64,000 nucleotides of DNA from Octopus vulgaris. Taxonomy: Eukaryota. Below the pieces are notes generated by a model. It made no database searches. It saw only the letters and a list, made by a program, of their open reading frames with translations, and was not told the DNA's origin. Where the stretch lies: assembly GCA_951406725.2 (NCBI GenBank), contig OX597827.1, positions 51,212,001 through 51,276,000 of the forward strand. The letters are read 5' to 3'. Below, piece by piece: positions 11,850 to 25,159 of this stretch. The stretch's first letter is position 1. Every line of letters starts with the position of its first letter. Position numbers and translations under genes: made by a program.

Positions 11850-12905
11850 TCAAACTTGGTGTTTTAAAAAAGCTGGATAGGGAAAAAGAAAAACAGCCAC
11901 ATTGCCAAAACATTAAAGCTTGCAATGTTTACAGTGAAAACAATACTTAACAATAAGAGAAAATTTAGTCAAGTGTTAACTATTTGGGCCTCATTATATT
12001 CATAGCTCTAATGTGATGCTCAAAATAGGACGGCTCTTGGATATACTGACTGAAGATCAGACTCAATGTGTTGTGCCAAAAAGCATGGTGGTAATTATAT
12101 AAAAACTTAAAAGTTTATATGACAATTTTCAGAAAAAGAAATGTGAAACTAATGAAAAACCTTTTTCTGGGTAGTAAAGGTTGGTTTGAAAGACTTAAGA
12201 AGAGCTTGAATTTGCAAAACATAAAAATGATTGTTGAAGTTTCCAGTGCTGATATAAAAGCAACCACTAATTACCCTAAACAGCTGAAAAATAAAAAAAA
12301 GATTGCTAAAGGGAACAAGTATATAATGTTGATGAAACTACACTCATATTTCAAGAGGAGAAAAATCAACATCAGGATTTAAAGCTTTCAAAACTCATCT
12401 GCTTCGTCTTCTGGGTGGAAATGCTGCTGGTGATATGAAATTAAAGCCTCCTACTCATGTATTTCTCTGAAATCCAAGGGTATTTCAAGGGTTATGCAAA
12501 GCTTATTTGCCTCAGGGCATCCAGCCGTAGAAACATTGCCAGATCAGACTGGGCCTGGTGCAGCCTTCTGGATTCCCAGACCCCAGTTGAACCGTCCAAC
12601 CCATGCCAGCATGGAAAGCGGATGCTAAATGATGATGATGATGGTATTCAAATATGAGTAATGAATGACTAAGAGTCTTTTCAAAGAGTGGCTTACAAAG
12701 ATTTTTATTTTGGTTTGATGTGTAGGAAGGTACCTGTGCCAGATTTAATATTTCTGACAAAGTATTATTCATTTTAGTCAATGCACAAAGCCACCCGGTG
12801 AACTTAAATGCACTTCCTGATAATGTGAGAATCGAATATATCTGCAAGAATATAACTCCTTTGTTCCAACCAATATATCAAGGTGTGATAGCTAACTTCA
12901 AGGTA
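11850..12905 (+). pseudogene. Decayed pogo/Tigger (TIGD-like) transposase, interrupted by a SINE
   Basis: FLGSKGWFERLKKSLNLQNIKMIVEVSSAD...NVDET...LLGGNAAGDMKLKP...LFQPIYQGVIANFK across frameshifts. Confidence 0.7.
12514..12643 (+). mobile_element. SINE family A, 5'-truncated
   Basis: Matches the 3' end of 5136-5693 and has a (GAT)n tail. Confidence 0.85.
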
Positions 12906-12939
12906 ACAAAGAGGATAAACCTATAGTAAGAAACTTTAA

Positions 12940-13161
12940 CCCTTTCGATACCAACCCGGCTGAAACCGGCTCTGGCTCTGTCGTACAAATGTCTTGTTTT
13001 TATAGGTTTAAAATTAAAAACTTCCATCAAACCTTTGTCACAATTTATGTTCCTAACACTAGCTTGATGATGACTGAGTTATTTTACTAAATTCTTTGTT
13101 ATATTTCGAATTAATTGAAAGAAACACAGAGCATCTCAAAATAAATACGGTAATGAAAGGG
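12940..13161. mobile_element. piggyBac-like MITE family 1
   Basis: TTAA-CCCTTTCG...TGAAAGGG-TTAA. Near-identical copies at 36279-36500 and 56917-57135. Confidence 0.85.
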
Positions 13162-13779
13162 TTAAATGGTCCTTGAAAGAATATATGGTGTGGTTGAGTA
13201 GTTAGTGTCACATACAAGGAGTTCATGTTGTAAGAACGAGAGCAAGTTGAGAATACAAATAAATACGAATATGGAAATTCCATAATCTTCACAAAAAATA
13301 AGGCTAAAATTTTTGCTGATAACAACCCCAATCGTGAATGTGACATAAAACTTACAAGATGAGTTTACAATGAGCTCAGTTCTTACACTGAACTGTACAA
13401 AGAGATGACATGCCACAAACTTCAAACAACTTGGGATAAGCTTTTTTTTTATTCTCAATAGGTGAACTAAAAGACAGAATATAGCGTCCTACATCCTTCA
13501 GTTAACTGTCGTTCCACCACCACCACCACCAGCCCTCATACTGTAGTCAACATCTTTTGGGCTAAGAATGTACCTTATTACACTATTATGCTTCTTATTT
13601 ATACCCTAACATTTGTTTTTAAGATGCTCCACATTTACATACACTCATAAGTCCAAAATGATATCATACAAAAATCATTACAAATAACCACTTGATTGAA
13701 ACTGAATAGAAAAAAATGTTTAGAAAAATATAGTCCGGAATCTTTACCTTCACAAAATACAAAAGTTAAAATGTTCTAA

Positions 13780-14956
13780 ATAGTAAGCAAATAACATCAT
13801 GAACAATTAACTCCTAGTTGGAAATCTGCTGACCAACTAACTTTTCCACCTACTTACATCCTTAAACCTACTTCTTTACTACCCACAAGGGGCTAAACAC
13901 AGAGAGGACAAACAAGGACAGACAAGCGGATTAAGTCAATTATATCGACCCCAGTGCGCAACTGGTACTTAATTTATTGACCCCGAAAGGATGAAAGGCA
14001 AAGTTGACCTCGGCGGAATTTGAACTCAGAATGTAACAGCAGACGAAATACAGCTATGCATTTCACCTGGTGTGCTAACGTTTCTGCCAGCTCGCCACCT
14101 ATTTACATCCTTAAACCACAAACAAATTTGTATACTATAAACACCATGACCTACAGCTGAATAACTTAAATAAACACACTTAACAACAAAGTTTTACATA
14201 CTTGACTGAGTTCTAAAAAATAACCTCCACTTTCTCTAAAACTACTAAATAATGTTGAAATAACATCAGCAACAATTTTAAAAAAATCTACTGACCCACT
14301 TACATTCTTTTGTGAACCCTTAAAATGCAAGATAACCAAATTTCTATACTAAAAGCTCCTTGACCTAAAGCTGACACACCTAACAAAAACACTTTTACAT
14401 GTTTGACTGCATTCTGCACAATAAGCTCAACCTTTCAAAAACAAACTGATGAAATCTCCCAAATATTGTTAAAATACAATTAAAACTAGTTACACATCTG
14501 CTGACCAACTATCCATTTCATCAACTTACATTCTGTTGTGAACCCTTAAAAGTTAACCCCAAAACCTGAAGTTGATATGCTCTGACAAGCCTAAATAGAC
14601 ACGCCTGATTAAAAACTTTTACATGCAGCACTGAACTCTGAATAATAACAACTCCAACTTTAATCAATTAAAACCTTCTATATCTTTCCATCAGAACTTA
14701 TCCTACAAATTAATTATCATACGAAGTATCTCTACCTACCCAGAAAAAAACAAAAACTTACCAGAGACTCTATAAAGCCAAGATGAACTCAAATGTACCA
14801 CAAGGCTATCAGGTTGGAACTTCAAAGTCACTATCACCACTCTCCTTGTAAAAATATAATAAATATGTAGTGTACAAAAAGCATTGAGTAATCCATTAGT
14901 TTAATGTAAAATTGGTTTTATTTTATCTTGTCAAAGAAAAACATTAACATATATGT

Positions 14957-15009
<53 letters not shown>

Positions 15010-15835
15010 TACATATATCTATTACATAATGTTACACACGAATCTCTGCATTACAGGAGAGTGTGTATATATATAAAACAGACATTGGAGCTCAAATCAG
15101 TCTTCTGGCTCATCGGCTCCCGTCAAGTCATCCAACCCATGCTACAATGGAATAGGGATGTTAAATGATGATACTCACACACACATATTACCTCTAGGTA
15201 TATACAAATATACACATACATACATATTAATGTTTGTTTTTATACTCAGTTATAATACAAGCCATGGTCACTCCGTACTTTTGTAGAATACAAATTTATT
15301 ATTCTTTAAAAAGAATAGTACTGACAGTGACTTCAAAACTTACTGACCAACTAAAACATACCACTTACATTCTTTTGTGAACCCTTAAAAATTCCATAAA
15401 AAAAGCTGACTCTGATCTTTACATTGCTAAAGCAAAAGATTACATCCAATAAGACCTAAAGTTAATGACACATCCACGCACCAAAAGACTTCCTCTGCCT
15501 ATTTTCTTTTTGTGAACTACTAAAAACAACCCTAATGACCTGAAGCTGACACACCTAAATATACACACCTTCTTACAAGGTTCTTCATGCATGAATAACT
15601 TCAAAACAACATCATAGCACTAAATTTAGTCAATAAACATTTCTCAGCAATACCTTCCCATCACATCCCACCTGATACCCTAATAAACATTCAACTAAAC
15701 CCCACAAAACTCAGAAAATATTTTCTATATTAACAAAGACTATATAAACCCAAGATGAACTTAAAGCATCACAGTCTCATAATGGCTAAGCTGGCTGAAA
15801 CTTCAAAGTCGTTATCAATAGTATCCTTAAAGAAT
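13780..15835 (+). repeat. Old diverged repeat array (units of a few hundred bp), interrupted by SINEs
   Basis: CTGACC(A/C)ACT...CTTACATTC..TGTGAACCCTTAAAA recurs at ~13827, 14289, 14498 and 15341. CCAAGATGAAC...AACTTCAAAGTC recurs at ~14778-14830 and ~15750-15810. Confidence 0.6.
13868..14099 (-). mobile_element. tRNA-derived SINE family C
   Basis: Minus strand GGTGGCGAGCTGGCAGAAACGTTAGC...GAGTTCAAATTCCGCC...TTAGCCCCTTGTGGG. TSD TTACATCCTTAAACC on both sides. Confidence 0.9.
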
Positions 15836-15844
15836 AATATATAC

Positions 15845-15875
<31 letters not shown>

Positions 15876-15876
15876 G

Positions 15877-16091
15877 GCTGTTTGCCAGCCCCGTCTGGCA
15901 CCTGTGCCGGTGGCACGTAAAAAGCACCCACTACACTCACGGAGTGGTTGGCGTTAGGAAGGGTATCCAGCCGTAGAAACACTGCCAGATCAGACTGGGC
16001 CTGGTGCAGCCTTCTGGCTTCCGAGACCCCAGTTGAACTGTCCAACCCATGCTAGCATGGAAAGCGGACGCTAAAATGATGATGGTGATGA
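15877..16091 (+). mobile_element. SINE family A, 5'-truncated
   Basis: Match to the family A body and tail. Confidence 0.85.
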
Positions 16092-16819
16092 TAGTGTGAG
16101 AGAGAGAGAGATAATGTTGGGTAAAGCATATGTTGGCAGCAAAGTTTGGCAGAACTGTCAGTGGATCAGATACTGTGCATTGCAGCATATGTTGTGGCTC
16201 TGTACATTCGGAGTTGTTTAAGAGAAATTCTAACACCTCTGTCAGGAGCTGTGGCTAACAGATAGTATCAGCAATTTGAAAAGCTAATGTAAATATGGTT
16301 TACTTTGTCTGATTGAAAACCTGACTATTCCCGTTTCCATCACACATGGATAGACACATACACACACATACACACTTACACACACATATATACATACATA
16401 CATACATAAACACACACAACACACAAGTACTGGCAATGGGTTGGATGAGACTCACTTAGGCAGTACTTTATAACCAGACTGATTCCCTTCCTGTTCCCAA
16501 CCTTTACTCCTTTTCCAAGTTATTTTCATTCTACTTGTCTTCACATCAAACAAGTTATGGGTCTTCTTTGTTGGAGGAGATGCAAACAAACATAATTTTG
16601 CTCAAAGGCATCAATGTGATGACACATGAAAACTAACATGTGTGCATGCACACATATACAAATAAATTTTGCACCTGATCACACACGAGTGTCGCGTGTT
16701 CATCAGTGTATGTTTGTGTACATATATATTGATATGTGAATGTGTGTTTCAGCTGGCAAAATATGTTTACTTGCATGTGTTGGTGTGTGTGTGTAGACAT
16801 ACATGCATACATTCATAAA

Positions 16820-16869
16820 TGTATATGTGTGTGTGTGTATAGATATAAATGTATATATATATATATATA

Positions 16870-16923
<54 letters not shown>

Positions 16924-17131
16924 TATATGTATATATATACACATATATATACATATATATATACACATATATATACATATATATATACACATATATATAT
17001 ACACACATATATATATACACACATATATATATACACACATATATATTTACATATATATATATATACATATATATGTATATATACACATATATATAAACAT
17101 ATATATATATATACATATATATATGTATTAT

Positions 17132-17171
<40 letters not shown>

Positions 17172-17501
17172 ACCATTTATATGTATATATATATACATAT
17201 ATGCATATATATGTGTATATATACATATATATATATATGTATATATATACATATATGTATGTATATATACAAATATATATGTATATATATATATGTATGT
17301 ATATATGTTTATAATATATATATACATATATATGTATATATATACATATAGATATATATGTATATATATACATATATATACATGTATATATACATATATA
17401 TACATATATGTATATACATATATATACACACACATACATATATATACATACATATGCATATATGTATATATATATATACATATATATATATATTCATATG
17501 C

Positions 17502-17543
<42 letters not shown>

Positions 17544-17553
17544 TGTGTGTGTG

Positions 17554-17590
<37 letters not shown>

Positions 17591-17668
17591 TTTTATATGT
17601 TTCAGTCCAGTGACTGTGGCCATGCTGGAGCACCACCATGTATATGTATATATATATATATATATATC
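16820..17668. repeat. Long compound (TA)n/(TACA)n microsatellite with a short SINE B tail fragment (17588-17638)
   Basis: Direct inspection. Confidence 0.95.
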
Positions 17669-17879
17669 AAAAAGGGAAAACATCTGATAGGTCTGCTACC
17701 AGCTACTACATAATTTATGAAATGAAACTATGAAATTTAAAATGTCAGTATAGAAATAATGCATCTCTCTCTTGATACACATATACATATATAAATATAT
17801 AATAAATATATATATATATTAATATATATATGTGCACATTCATACATATGTACATATTTGTATGTTCTTTGGTTTAACA

Positions 17880-18751
17880 CTATGAATTAACTTGCCATCT
17901 TTGTGTTAAATTTTCAGGGGAGTCTTGAATATCAGTTCTAACATCATCAAGAAGTAACATTCCTGGGAATGCTGATTGATTGGCCATCATTACGGAAGAG
18001 CCCCACCTTGAAGACGGATTTGGGATCATTGTAGGGGAACACGTAGCATAACCATTTTGCCAGCTGGGTGGCATGGGAATGGTTGGCAAAGGAGGCAAAT
18101 GTGCACTTGTTGATGTTTGGTAAGGATGGCTATGTGTATGTGGTGGGTGATGTGCATATGATGAGACATTTGTCAAAGACGGTGATATGGCTGAGGAAAC
18201 TGATGATAAAGACAAAGAAGATGGTGGTGTAGAGTTTGCCATGGACATCATCCACGTGGTGGGGATTTTCAACACCTGTGGCCGGACAGAAGTTGGCACT
18301 GAAGAGGAGATTCCAGAAGATGATGGAGGTAATGATAAACCACCTGTTACTGCATTGCTAACAGCTGCAACAGGAGATGATGATGAAGAAGATGATGGTG
18401 ATGATGGAATAGAAGACGTCATAGACAAGTTCTGATGTGAGTTCATGGGCTGAGTGTGAGCAGGAGGTTGCTGGATGAAAACCCTCTGTAACTCCTCTAG
18501 AGTGTGTGTCCGTTCATGATTGTTGAGATTCGTCACCTGAGCAAAGGATTTCTGACAAACTGCACACCTATGTGGCTTTTCCCCAGTATGGGTGCGAATA
18601 TGATTGCGCAAATTATTCTTTTGGGAAAAGCACTTTCCACAAGTATCACATTTGTATGGTTTTATACCAGAATGGGTTCGCATATGGATTTTCATATTGC
18701 CTTGCTGAGAAAATGCTTTGGGACACAGAGCACACTTGAAAGGTCTTTCAC
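17880..18751 (-). CDS. C2H2 zinc-finger protein A, coding exon 2 (fingers 4-6 and Ser/Pro-rich tail)
   Basis: Acceptor ttctttaatccAG (AG at 18753-18752), then GT GAA AGA CCT TTC AAG TGT. Joining to exon 1 restores HTGERPFKCALCPKAF, in frame with ORF 17880-18695. Confidence 0.9.
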
Positions 18752-19159
18752 CTGGATTAAAGAAATAAAAAAAAAATTAACTGTTAGAAAAAGATCTTAT
18801 ACACATGAAAATAACATTCAAATTACAAGTTTGTACAGAAATTAATGACTCGTTTGAAAATTTGAATTAATAAATTGATACATAAGCAAAATGACCAATA
18901 AAAAAATTTGCAAACAAAAAGATTATTAACTACATGAAAAAAATAACTCAGAGATCTCAAACTTTAAAAAATCTTTGAAGGCATTTTGTTACTTTTAAAA
19001 TGTGTTGATTTTCGAAGACAATAATTAGTAGGTGACAATTCTTAGGCAGAACAACGATAAAAGCAAATTTCATAACCTCAACTGCAAAATATGGGTAGAA
19101 GTGTGATGGGAAAAAAAAAAAAATTAATTCCTTTTTTCATTGACTTAATTATTGGTTTA

Positions 19160-20100
19160 ATTAATATCATGCTATTTTATGAGTCACCCTCTTCAATGTT
19201 TGGAAGTAAATCTCTGGTGTAATATTCTTCTGGTGGAAAGATCATACCAGTTCCACACAGTTTTTACAAGGACCATAATCAGATTAAGATACTTTAAGAA
19301 TCTTCTTGAAACCTCATAACAATTTAACAAGGACAGATTATTTCTGATAGTCAGAAATTAACCAGTTTTCTTCAGAGGTCACAATCAGGTCAAGAAATGG
19401 ATAATTTTTGTTACGCAAAAGCAGTAAAGAATACACTTCAAAATGACAATTCTTTGGTTTTCATTGAATTTATGTGGAAGCCTTTTGTCAAACTTCTTTT
19501 TCATTGACTTGCTTTGGATGATCTGAAATTATTAAAATGTCAAACAGTTTGTTGTAGATTTGTTAATTTTGCAGGTGGCCACAATTGAAGGATAAAGTTA
19601 ATGAATGGATACTTGAAAATCATCAAGATGGAAATTTGAAATTTACGTCCTGGCGGGCTTCAGAAAGAAAAGTCTTTGCCTGTTTGAGATTACTTAAGGT
19701 TACATCTAGTGAAGACTTTCAGTTTGATAGTGCATAAATCACAAAACACTGACCGACAGAGTAGAAAATCCTGAAGGATTCGCAAATGTTTTGCAACCAT
19801 TAGATTAGTATGAATAATCCTAACTTAAGGATAATGAGAATAAATGATGGAGAAAGAAGATAGTATGCTGTCTACATCATTGTCTCTGTAATGGAAATGG
19901 ATTGTTACTTTATGGAAAATAACACATGTTGACATTATTATCAAGTCGTTGTAGAAATGTGGAAATTTAAATGCACTGGATAGTCCAGAAGATGAATATC
20001 GTACGATGATGATGATAAAGATGTAGCAGTTGACATACAACCAATTATTACTGAAAGTGATGAAGAGGATTCATAAATGATATCATTCACCCTGATGATT
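19160..20100 (+). pseudogene. Heavily decayed Tc1/pogo transposase remnants in the intron
   Basis: WPQLKDKVNEWILENHQDG (CENP-B HTH-like, ~19577-19632) and GFANVLQPLD (pogo LQPLD motif, ~19776-19805). Confidence 0.4.
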
Positions 20101-20474
20101 ATGAAGGTAAGGTGATGAAAATTATGATTTTGCAGGATTTTTACAAAGCTTTGTGTTTGAAATGTTTAAGAATTCCCATTTAATTGTAACTTAATGTCAT
20201 ATCAAATTTCTACTTCAGGTTTGTATGTATAAATAAAGCCTAGGAATTCATTGTCATCAAAATATTTATCATTTTCATTTTGGTATTGATTGTAAACTGA
20301 ATTAACTTACTTCAATACAAATATAAATTGCATAAATTTGGCACTGATATACAATACTGTGAATGTAACTTAAGGTGAAGGTAACCAATGAAGAATATGA
20401 GTAAAACACTAACTGTAAATATTCATAACAACTACAGAGCCATATTTACTTAGTAAGATGTAAACTTTAATTTT

Positions 20475-20835
20475 CATCATTGTCATCATCATCATTTAAC
20501 GTCCATTTTCCATGCTGGCACAGGTTGGATGGTTTTGACCTGAGCTGGTAAGGCCAAGGGCTACCCCAGGCTCTATTGTCTATTCTGGCATGGTTTCTAT
20601 GGCTTGATGCCCTTCCTAACACCAACTTTCTATGGCTTGCTGCCCTTCCTAACACCAACTTTCTATGGCTTGCTGCCCTTCCTAACACCAACTTTCTATG
20701 GCTTGATGCCCTTCCTAAAAACCAACTTTCTATGGTTTGATGCCCTTCCTAACACCAACCAATCAACAGAGTGTACTGGGTGCTTTTAATGTGACACCAG
20801 CATGAGTGTTTTTGTGTGGTACCAGCACTGGTGTT
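20475..20835 (-). mobile_element. SINE family A-related copy with an internal 33-bp x5 minisatellite (20594-20758)
   Basis: Reverse-complement match to family A. Unit TTTCTATGGCTTG(A/C)TGCCCTTCCTAACACCAAC. Confidence 0.8.
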
Positions 20836-20996
20836 AATTCTGCTGTGACAGCTGAGTTTTGTTGAGTACAACAAGGTGCCAAATATCTCGGACTTTAGTC
20901 TTCTCCTTTGTAAGGCTCAGTGTCTTGAGATCATCCTTCAATATTTCGTCCCATGTCTTTTTGGGTCTCCCTTTTTCAAATGTTCCATACACTTAA

Positions 20997-21217
20997 CCCT
21001 TTAGTGTTTAAACCGGCCATATCAGGCCAAAATTGTTTTCCTGTTTTATTCTCAAACCAGCCAGCTCTGACTTCTCACACCTACCCTATAAAGTCATTCT
21101 AAAAATAAACAGGGACATCATCAATAACCCAGAGTTACAAAATGCTGTACAATTAATTTAAAATAATGTAATTAAACAGGCTTTACATTTTGACAGAGTA
21201 ATCTGAATGCTAAAGGG
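20997..21217. mobile_element. piggyBac-like MITE family 2, inserted in an RTE 3' remnant
   Basis: TTAA-CCCTTTAGTGTTTAAACC...GAATGCTAAAGGG. Related copy at 59718-60330. Confidence 0.75.
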
Positions 21218-21336
21218 GTAAAGTGACCGGCATTTCTGTATGCAACTGTCTACATCCATATGATATAAACTGGATAATTATTGAAATTATTACTAAAATT
21301 CTTTTTTTTTTTATGTTTTTCGTTTCTTTACACATA

Positions 21337-21507
21337 GGCGTAGGAGTGGCTGTATGGTAAGTTTCTTGCTTACGAGCCACATGGTTCTGGGTTCAGTCCC
21401 ACTGCGTGGCACCTTGGGCAAGTGCGTTCTACTATAGCCTCAGGCCGACCAAAGCCTTGTGAGTGGATTTGGTAGACGGAAACTGAAAGAAGCCCGTCAT
21501 ATATATG

Positions 21508-21540
<33 letters not shown>

Positions 21541-21761
21541 ATATGTTTCCATGTCTGTGTTTGTCCCCCCAACATCGCTTGACAACCGATGCTGAATTGT
21601 TTACGTCCCCGTAACTTAGCGGTTCGGTAAAAGGAGCCCGATAGAATAAGTACTAGGCTTACAATGAATAAGTCCTGGGGTCGATTTGCTCGACTAAAGG
21701 CGGTGCTCCAGCATGGCTGCAGTCAAATGACTGAAACAAGTAAAAGAGTAAAAGAGTAAAA
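21337..21761 (+). mobile_element. tRNA-derived SINE family B, full length (antisense in the ZNF-A intron)
   Basis: GGCGTAGGAGTGGCTGTATGGTAAG...GGTTCAGTCCC...AAAAGAGTAAAAGAGT. Confidence 0.9.
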
Positions 21762-21950
21762 AAGTAATTTATTTATTTAAGAGATTATTTGGTGTTCTGC
21801 TACTGATATGATGCATTATACTATACCTTGAATTTCAGCTACTCAAAAGTGGTGAGTTGATCTCACTACGATTAAGCATAATAATCTAGTAAAAAAAAGA
21901 GAAGATAGTATACTCAGGTGAAAATATAATTTAAAGAAAAGGAATCATAC

Positions 21951-22623
21951 CTGTATGAGTTCTCTCGTGATTTCTCCATTCAGTCACCTGGCAAAAGGTT
22001 CTAGTACAGTAACTACAGTGAAATGGCCGCTCACCAGTATGGGTTCGTACATGATTACGCAGTATAATCTCCTGTGAGAAGGCTTTGTTACAGAACGTAC
22101 AGAAAAAATGCTTCCGGCCACCTAACTCGTGGTTTATCAAGTGGCCGCGTTGAGCAAAACCTTTACGACAGGTTCCACATTTATATGGTTTCTTCATACT
22201 AAGGCTGATACCAATGTAAGGAGAATTAGGAATAAGCCCTATCTTGCTTTTGGTATTGGTGTTGTTGGTGGTGGTGATGTTTTCAGAATTAGTATTAATA
22301 TCACTGTTCCTGTGCATATTATTCTCAGCAATGTATGGAAACCCAGAAGAGCCTGACGTTATTATTTTCATTTTGAGGCTGTTGTTGCTATTACTGCTAT
22401 AGTGACTGTTATAGGACTTTAGGTGATCATTATGAGAATCCTCACTTCTTGGGATAACACCCATTTTCATACTGGACTGTTCCAGGTGGCTTTTCTGTAT
22501 AATATCATGGTCAAGTCTTCGACAGTTGTCATCTAATATCGAAGCATTATACAAGGATTTATCAAGATGTTGGCCGCTATTGTCCAGAATTGTAGGATTG
22601 TACAAAGATTTTGAAGAATACAT
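21951..22623 (-). CDS. C2H2 zinc-finger protein A, coding exon 1 (N-terminus and fingers 1-3)
   Basis: ORF 21931-22623 with KPYKCGTC...HTGERPFHCSYC...HERTHT. Donor ACAG|GTATGA (GT at 21950-21949), phase 1 within the TG linker. A probable 5'-UTR acceptor ttttcatAG lies at 22961-22960. Confidence 0.88.
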
Positions 22624-24784
22624 AGCTATATATTTTTCTCATCCATAAACAAGGAATTTTCCTTCAAAAGAAACATTTATCAGCTGACTTTGGTTAATTT
22701 GTTCTTCCTAAAGTTGTTAGTTTTTACTTTTGTACCAAATTTTAAACACAGTAATTCTTTTATTACTATTCATTTCAGCTGGTAATAATCCATCATCATT
22801 GCAGATATATTGGAAATATATTGATAAATATAAGAAATCCTCTTTATAAATAATATCACAATAAACTGTAGAAAAATTCAGCAGACACCCTTATCATTTT
22901 GGTTCATAAAATATTTTTGATTGGATCATTTCTATAGACTTGGTAAAAGAATGAGTAACCTATGAAAACAAGAGAAATAAAAATAAATAATTAAAAAAGG
23001 CATTAATTGTCATTTTCTTAATTATTCTTAATAGTGATCTTTACAGCAACACCAACTAGAAAAACTTTTATATCCTTAAATGATGAATATGGTTACATTT
23101 TAATAACCAATTGTATTACCATTTATGGTAAAATTGTGCAAAAACCAAAATTCAAGGGCATATATGATTACAGGTAATGCAAAACAGTGGGGATCAAAAT
23201 ACTGATGAGTATGCTTATTCTTATTATGTTCCAGCACACTTGAACATGAAAATGGTACTTCACTGTAGGGTATCAGAGAACAACTCCTTACAAACAATAT
23301 ATTTAAACAACAAGGGATATAAGTGAACTTTAAGACAGTGTTTCAGCATTATTGTTGCTTCTTCAGGAGTAAACAGATGTTGCTACTTCTATCAACAGAA
23401 ATCAGCAAACAAAATCATTTATTGATGCATGTGGTGACTTGTCAGACTGGTATTTAATTTATTACAAGAATACAAGACAACAAGAATCATAATACTGATA
23501 TGTGCATTTGTTCTTATCACTTTCCTAAGGACCATGCTGTGTCTACCACTGAAAAGGTAACAATTACACCAAAATACTATCACATAATCCACTTACTTTA
23601 CACATATTGTCCTATAAGGAGAAGTCGTTCTCTAATACAATACTCTGCAGCAAAATGCTATGTTCACATCAATATTTTGATTTTCAATGTTTTGTGTGCC
23701 TGTATTAATTTGTCTCAACTTGGCAAGCTACCATGTGTAACAGCAAATGTTTTGTTTGAGGATTTCTAAAGATAGAAGCAGCAACTTCTGTTAGCTCCAA
23801 AACACCAGGTGATGTCTGCAAATGAAATGGTGACAATTACAAAGAAATCAATTGTTCACTAGAATTGGAACTTTACTGGTAGTAATTTTTGTTTAACGAC
23901 AGGCAAGCTATGAACATGCAAACCTATCATCAAAGGCATTTCATCTGTAATGGTCTTGTCATTCTTGTACACTCAAGAGTATAACAAACTGCATTCTTCA
24001 AGCAAGGAGGGAGCTATTTCTTGCAGGAAGAGTGTGAAATGAGAGTAACAGGTTGATAACTGACAAGAGCAGACAAGTTACCCTTCATAGAAATAGGACT
24101 CACTGTCACATGTTTCCATAAACTGTGATAGTTCCCTGTAGAGAAAAACAGGACATTGAAGCAATGTTAAAGACATCATCAGTTGAGCTGAAGCTAATGC
24201 AGAAATTTTTTTTTACATTTGGTACACTGTGGATGCAGTAGTGAGACAGATTGAGTAGAGTTTTTTTTTTTGTTTTTGTTTTTAATGTACAATGAATAGT
24301 TTTGAAGTAAGATAGACAGCAAGTGTTTTTTTTTTTTTTTTTTTTTCAACAGAAATGCTACTTTACAAAGCTATCTTGGTTAGAACTAACTGATAAGAGA
24401 ATTCTGAAAAATTGGCAAAGAATTTCTTGGCAATGACAAGAAAGCTTTATTAAAATTGTGAGGTATATAAAGTAACATATTTATATATTATATACATTGG
24501 TATTATTTTCAATAACTGGCATGTTAGAACCATCATTAACGTCTATAAAGACACATACAGAAAACTAAATCTTAAATTGATAGATCAAATATAAAGTTAT
24601 GAAATAAAGTCAAAGGGGAAAAGTTACAGGACAAGATTAAGAGCTATCGAGTAGCTGAGTAGTAAAATGATAGATTCCTTGTTCTTTGTGATATAGATAA
24701 CAAATCCAAAATAAGCAAATGGATCAAAAATATTTTAATTAGAATATTTGAGAAATCATACTATACAAATTTACAATAATACTA

Positions 24785-25159
24785 ATGATTGGTTTCAAAT
24801 TTTGGTACAAGACCAGCAAGACACATCAGCCCCAGTGCTCAACTGGCACTTATCAACTCTGAAAGTATGAAAGGCAAAGTCAACCTCGGTTGAATTTGAA
24901 CTCAGAATATAAAGATAGATGAAATACCTATTTCTTTACTACCCACAAGGGGCTAAACACAGAGAGAACAAACAAGGATAGACAAACGGATTAAGTCGAT
25001 TATATCGACCCCAGTGTGTAACTGGTACTTATTTAATCGACCCTGAAAGGATGAAAAGCAAAGCCGACCTCGGTGGAATTTGAACTCAGAACGTAACGGC
25101 AGACGAAATACCACTAAGCATTTTGCCCGGTATGCTAACAATTCTGCCAGCCTGTCACC
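24785..25159 (-). mobile_element. SINE family C: full copy 24928-25159 adjoining an older partial copy
   Basis: Match to 13868-14099. Confidence 0.85.

Noticed and set aside
9509-17713. Many long Tyr/Ile/His/Thr-rich ORFs (YIYIYI...)
   Set aside because: Translations of (TA)n/(CA)n microsatellites, which lack stops in several frames.
18187-18435. Acidic 82-aa plus-strand ORF
   Set aside because: Antisense of the Ser-rich ZNF-A tail.
21337-21410. tRNA-like A/B boxes (also in other SINE B/C/D heads)
   Set aside because: These are SINE heads continuing into SINE bodies; no complete cloverleaf.
21931-21950. ORF end 'MIPFL*' as the real C-terminus of a 230-aa protein
   Set aside because: Read-through into the intron; splicing at 21951 restores a canonical TGERPF linker.
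23400-24000. Faint LINE RT-like peptides (e.g. TANVLFEDF); similar weak traces at 28800-29010, 52050-52690 and 57800-58800
   Set aside because: Too degenerate to assign by eye; probably ancient retroelement debris.
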